DNA from: Longimicrobiales bacterium
GTDB lineage: Bacteria > Gemmatimonadota > Gemmatimonadetes > Longimicrobiales > Gaopeijiaceae
NCBI GenBank assembly: GCA_965248195.1
Contig: CBDFIQ010000001.1
Coordinates: 608,001-672,000 of the forward strand
Direction of reading: 5' to 3'
DNA length: 64,000 nucleotides
Each line of letters opens with the position of its first letter. The first letter of the stretch is position 1. A program made the position numbers and the translations under genes. Of this stretch, positions 60,772-64,000 are shown one piece after another. Under the pieces are notes generated by a model, which saw only the letters and a program-made list of their open reading frames with translations, ran no database searches and was not told where the DNA came from.

Positions 60772-63700
60772 CAATGCTCCCCGGAATCCACTTCGTGGAA
60801 CGTCACCTTCTTCAAGTAGCTCACCGCAGGCTGCGTATTCACGAGTTCGTCCAGCACCCGGTACGCCCGCTCATCGAGTGAGGCCTGCGCCACCCGCGAC
60901 CCGGAATCCCGGATGTTGCCGAACACGATCGCTTCGGCCGGGCAACTCTGCTGGCACGCCGGAATGATCTGGCCATCCGCGATCGTACTTCCCTCCACGG
61001 CCGCCCGGTCCTGGTGCTCCCGAATCCGATGGATGCAGAAGGAGCACTTCTCCATGATCCCGTTCTCCCGGACGGTCACGTCGGGATTCAGCTGCCAGTT
61101 GAGCGGCTCCGGAATGTGGCCCAGGCCCTCGCGCACGGGCTCCTCGTCCGTAAAGGTATACCAGTTGTAAACCCGGACCTTGTACGGGCAGTTGTTCGCG
61201 CAATACCGCGTCCCCACACAGCGGTTGTATACCTGCGTGTTGATTCCATCGGGCGTGTGATACGTAGCGAAGACTGGACATACAGGCTCGCAAGGCGCGT
61301 TTCCGCAGTGCTGGCAAATCATGGGTAAGAAACGCACGTCCAACGATCCCGCTTGGTACGCGTCCACCGCCTCGTAGTAGCGCTCCAACCGGATCCACCC
61401 CATATCGCGACCCATCGTGACCTGGCCCTCGCCGACCCAGGGCACATTGTTCTCGGCCTGACAAGCCGTCACGCAGGCACTGCAGCCGGTGCACTTGTCC
61501 AGGTCGATGGCCATCGACCACCGGGGCTCTTCCTCATCCCCATACTCGCCGTGGCGAGAACCCTCGAGCGGGAAGTCCTGGGGACGACCCTCAGTCTCGA
61601 CGGGCACGAAGCCTCCGACCCCCTGAAGCTCCTGTAGTGGACCGTGGCTCTCCTCCTCGGCCCCGGCACCGAGGCTCGTGAGCGCGACGGCCGGCGTAAT
61701 GGGCCGATTGCTCTGCGAGTCCGACCCGGCGATCGACGCGAGTGGCCGGCGGCGGCCAGTCGGCGCCACATCCACCTTGGTCACGAAGTGCACCAACCCA
61801 CCCGAGAGGGATTCGGCTTCGCTCGGGAGAAGGTCCAGAGCGTTGACGCCATTTCCGTTGGCGAAGCGTCCGGCGCTCGTGTGTCCACCACCCATAGGCA
61901 CCGCGATCACGTCTTCACGGATCCCGGGATATGTCCAGAGGGGCGCCTCGATCGACCCGTGTTCGGTCGACAACACGACCACATCTCCCGCCCGAAGGCC
62001 GAGGGCCTCCGCGCGGTTCGGATGCATCTCGACCCACGAATGCCAAGCGATCTTGCTCACCGGATCGGGCAACTCCTGCAGCCACGGCCGATTGGCATTC
62101 AGGGCGCCGTCGCCATACCGAGCGGAGGGGTAGACCATCAGATGCAAATCCCCCGTACCCTCGAAGGCCGGCGGATCGAACACGAGACCGCGATCGGGCT
62201 GACGAAGTGTCTCTGACGCACCGGACGGGGTGGTCCCGACCTGCGCGACTCCCGTTCTGAGCGACTCGTGCCAGAAGGCATCGGCGTCGGCCGCCCCAGC
62301 CATCGTTGCAAGGTCGGCCCAGCGGACGCGCAAGTGATCGAAGAACGTCACCGACCCGAGGTCCTGTCCCATTCGAGTGGCCACTGAGAGAAGGACGTCT
62401 CCGGCCTGCTTCGAATCGAAGTGGGGAACCGGGCGCATGGCAGGCTGCCGTACCGTCCACTGGCCAGGGCGGGACGAGGTGTCGCCCCAAGACTCGAGGA
62501 AGTGCCGATCCGGAAGGATCAGATCCGCCTCCGCGGCCGTCTCGTCCATCGCCGAGGCAAACGACACCTTGAAGGGAACGCTGGCGAATGCCTCCCGGAA
62601 ACCGGACGACGCGGGAAGAGCATAGGCGGGATTGCTCGCGTGCACGAGCGCGGCACCCACCTGACCCGCACGCATCGCCTCGATGGCCTGCCGCATCGGA
62701 GCGAAGCCGGCTGACGGGGCATCGAGCTGAGGAGCGTCGTAATGGACCGTGCGCCCGACATTTCCAGCAACGGCATTCAAAATCGCTATCGCGACGTTGG
62801 CCGCTGTGGCACCCCGGTGCAGCCCGGCGGTGCCCGGACCTAGTGCCAGGCTCGGGCCGGCCGCGAACCGCTCCGCGAGTTCGCGGATACTCTCAGCCTC
62901 GACCCCCGCCGTACTTGCAACGTTTTCGGGAGTATAGGCGGCTACGATGTTGCGGTAGGGCCCCGCGCTCGCTCCGCCACCGGCCACGACATTCGCCATC
63001 GCGAGCGCCACCAGGGCCTCGCTCCCCGGCTGGATCGGTAGCCAATCGTCGGCGTTCTGCCCGGTCAGCGAGAGACGGGATCCCACGAACGCAAATCGCC
63101 CCTTGGCGCCGTCCTCGTCCACCCCACTCATGCGCGAAAATCCCCGTCCGTCTCGAACCGGCGAAAGCCAACTCTCCAGGAAGTCCGCACCGAAAGAAAC
63201 CAGGAAGCGGGCCTCCTCGAGATCATACCAGGGAACGACATCTCTTCCGAAGGCGATCCGACTCGCCTCGCGGAGTGGTGCCTCGGCCAGGGGGTCGTAC
63301 CGGATCACCCGCCCGCCAGTCGCCCCAGCGAAGTCAGAAATAAGCCCCGCCAGGGAAGGACCGGCGATTCCCGTAAACAGGTAGTACTCGCCCGCAGACC
63401 CCAGGCGATCCGCAACCATCTGCTCCGCGTCGTCCCATGAAATCGACTGGAGCTCCCCACCCTGCCGGAGCATTGGACCCGTAAAACGGTCCGGGTTATA
63501 GAGCGCCTGGAGACTCGAGTGGCCACGCGAGCAAAGCGCTCCTCTCGACACGGGATGTTCGGGGTTCCCCTCGACCTTCACGACACGCCCTTCCCTCGTG
63601 CGTACCCACATGCCGCATCCGGCCTCGCACTCTCCACATACCGTCGTGTACCACGTAGCCACGCCCGGGGTGATGTCCTCCGGAGGCACCACGTAGGGCA

Positions 63701-63803
63701 GGAGCCTCTCGACCTTTTCGGTCGAGCAGCCCCACACACCGGCACCCGCACCGCTGGCGCCCAGAACCCTCAGGAAGTCCCGTCTCTTAAGTCCGTCGGT
63801 CAT
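60771..63803 (-). CDS. actB: Alternative complex III subunit ActB (molybdopterin-oxidoreductase fold + Fe-S domain)
   Basis: Tat KRRDFL; WLQELPDP; CTGCSAC..C, CQHC..PC..VC, CVGTRYCANNC, CSFC..C..C. Confidence 0.92.
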   Translation of the reverse strand: MTDGLKRRDFLRVLGASGAGAGVWGCSTEKVERLLPYVVPPEDITPGVATWYTTVCGECEAGCGMWVRTREGRVVKVEGNPEHPVSRGALCSRGHSSLQALYNPDRFTGPMLRQGGELQSISWDDAEQMVADRLGSAGEYYLFTGIAGPSLAGLISDFAGATGGRVIRYDPLAEAPLREASRIAFGRDVVPWYDLEEARFLVSFGADFLESWLSPVRDGRGFSRMSGVDEDGAKGRFAFVGSRLSLTGQNADDWLPIQPGSEALVALAMANVVAGGGASAGPYRNIVAAYTPENVASTAGVEAESIRELAERFAAGPSLALGPGTAGLHRGATAANVAIAILNAVAGNVGRTVHYDAPQLDAPSAGFAPMRQAIEAMRAGQVGAALVHASNPAYALPASSGFREAFASVPFKVSFASAMDETAAEADLILPDRHFLESWGDTSSRPGQWTVRQPAMRPVPHFDSKQAGDVLLSVATRMGQDLGSVTFFDHLRVRWADLATMAGAADADAFWHESLRTGVAQVGTTPSGASETLRQPDRGLVFDPPAFEGTGDLHLMVYPSARYGDGALNANRPWLQELPDPVSKIAWHSWVEMHPNRAEALGLRAGDVVVLSTEHGSIEAPLWTYPGIREDVIAVPMGGGHTSAGRFANGNGVNALDLLPSEAESLSGGLVHFVTKVDVAPTGRRRPLASIAGSDSQSNRPITPAVALTSLGAGAEEESHGPLQELQGVGGFVPVETEGRPQDFPLEGSRHGEYGDEEEPRWSMAIDLDKCTGCSACVTACQAENNVPWVGEGQVTMGRDMGWIRLERYYEAVDAYQAGSLDVRFLPMICQHCGNAPCEPVCPVFATYHTPDGINTQVYNRCVGTRYCANNCPYKVRVYNWYTFTDEEPVREGLGHIPEPLNWQLNPDVTVRENGIMEKCSFCIHRIREHQDRAAVEGSTIADGQIIPACQQSCPAEAIVFGNIRDSGSRVAQASLDERAYRVLDELVNTQPAVSYLKKVTFHEVDSGEH

Positions 63804-63821
63804 GTCGGCTGGCTTTCGGAA

Positions 63822-64000
63822 TCAGTAGTGGCAGACGGCGCAGTCCCGGGAGACACCGCGCTCCATGTGGCAACTGACGCACCACCCCATCGCAAGGGGT
63901 TGGTTGACCTCCTCGATCACGGTCATCTCTCGGACATCTCCATGGCAGGTCGCGCAGTCGATTTCAGCCGCGATGTGCCTCATGTGCGGGAAGTGGACGT
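63822..64000 (-). CDS. actA: Alternative complex III multiheme cytochrome c ActA, C-terminal part
   Basis: Manual translation VHFPHMRHIAAEIDCATCHG..MGWCVSCH..DCAVCHY* has three CxxCH motifs. Confidence 0.88.
   Translation of the reverse strand, partial: VHFPHMRHIAAEIDCATCHGDVREMTVIEEVNQPLAMGWCVSCHMERGVSRDCAVCHY

Overview
High-GC bacterial chromosomal window. Gene content (ACIII, gcvPH, paired Opp-type lipoproteins, BamA-like proteins, many exported enzymes) resembles Gemmatimonadota; this is inference only. 1-25 kb is accessory-like: a complete IS256-family element with TIRs and an 8-bp TSD between an HD-domain gene and a UvrC-like nuclease, a run of exported/unassigned enzymes, ppdK, and a SigK-like ECF/RskA-like anti-sigma + split DUF4331 + TPR module. 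25-64 kb is mostly housekeeping: pckA, maeB, sigma70 factor, ssb, polA, csp, lytic transglycosylase, Opp/Dpp ABC system, lipoate ligase, gcvP/gcvH, acyl-CoA dehydrogenase, tatA, TrmJ-like methyltransferase and an alternative complex III operon lacking actD. The most striking feature is a ~305-nt non-coding, highly structured repeat family (two full copies, one partial). Its core is conserved with compensatory base changes, while a 17-nt segment of the terminal inverted repeat differs almost completely between the full copies yet pairs perfectly within each copy. Several gene remnants and indels suggest deletional erosion or assembly artefacts.
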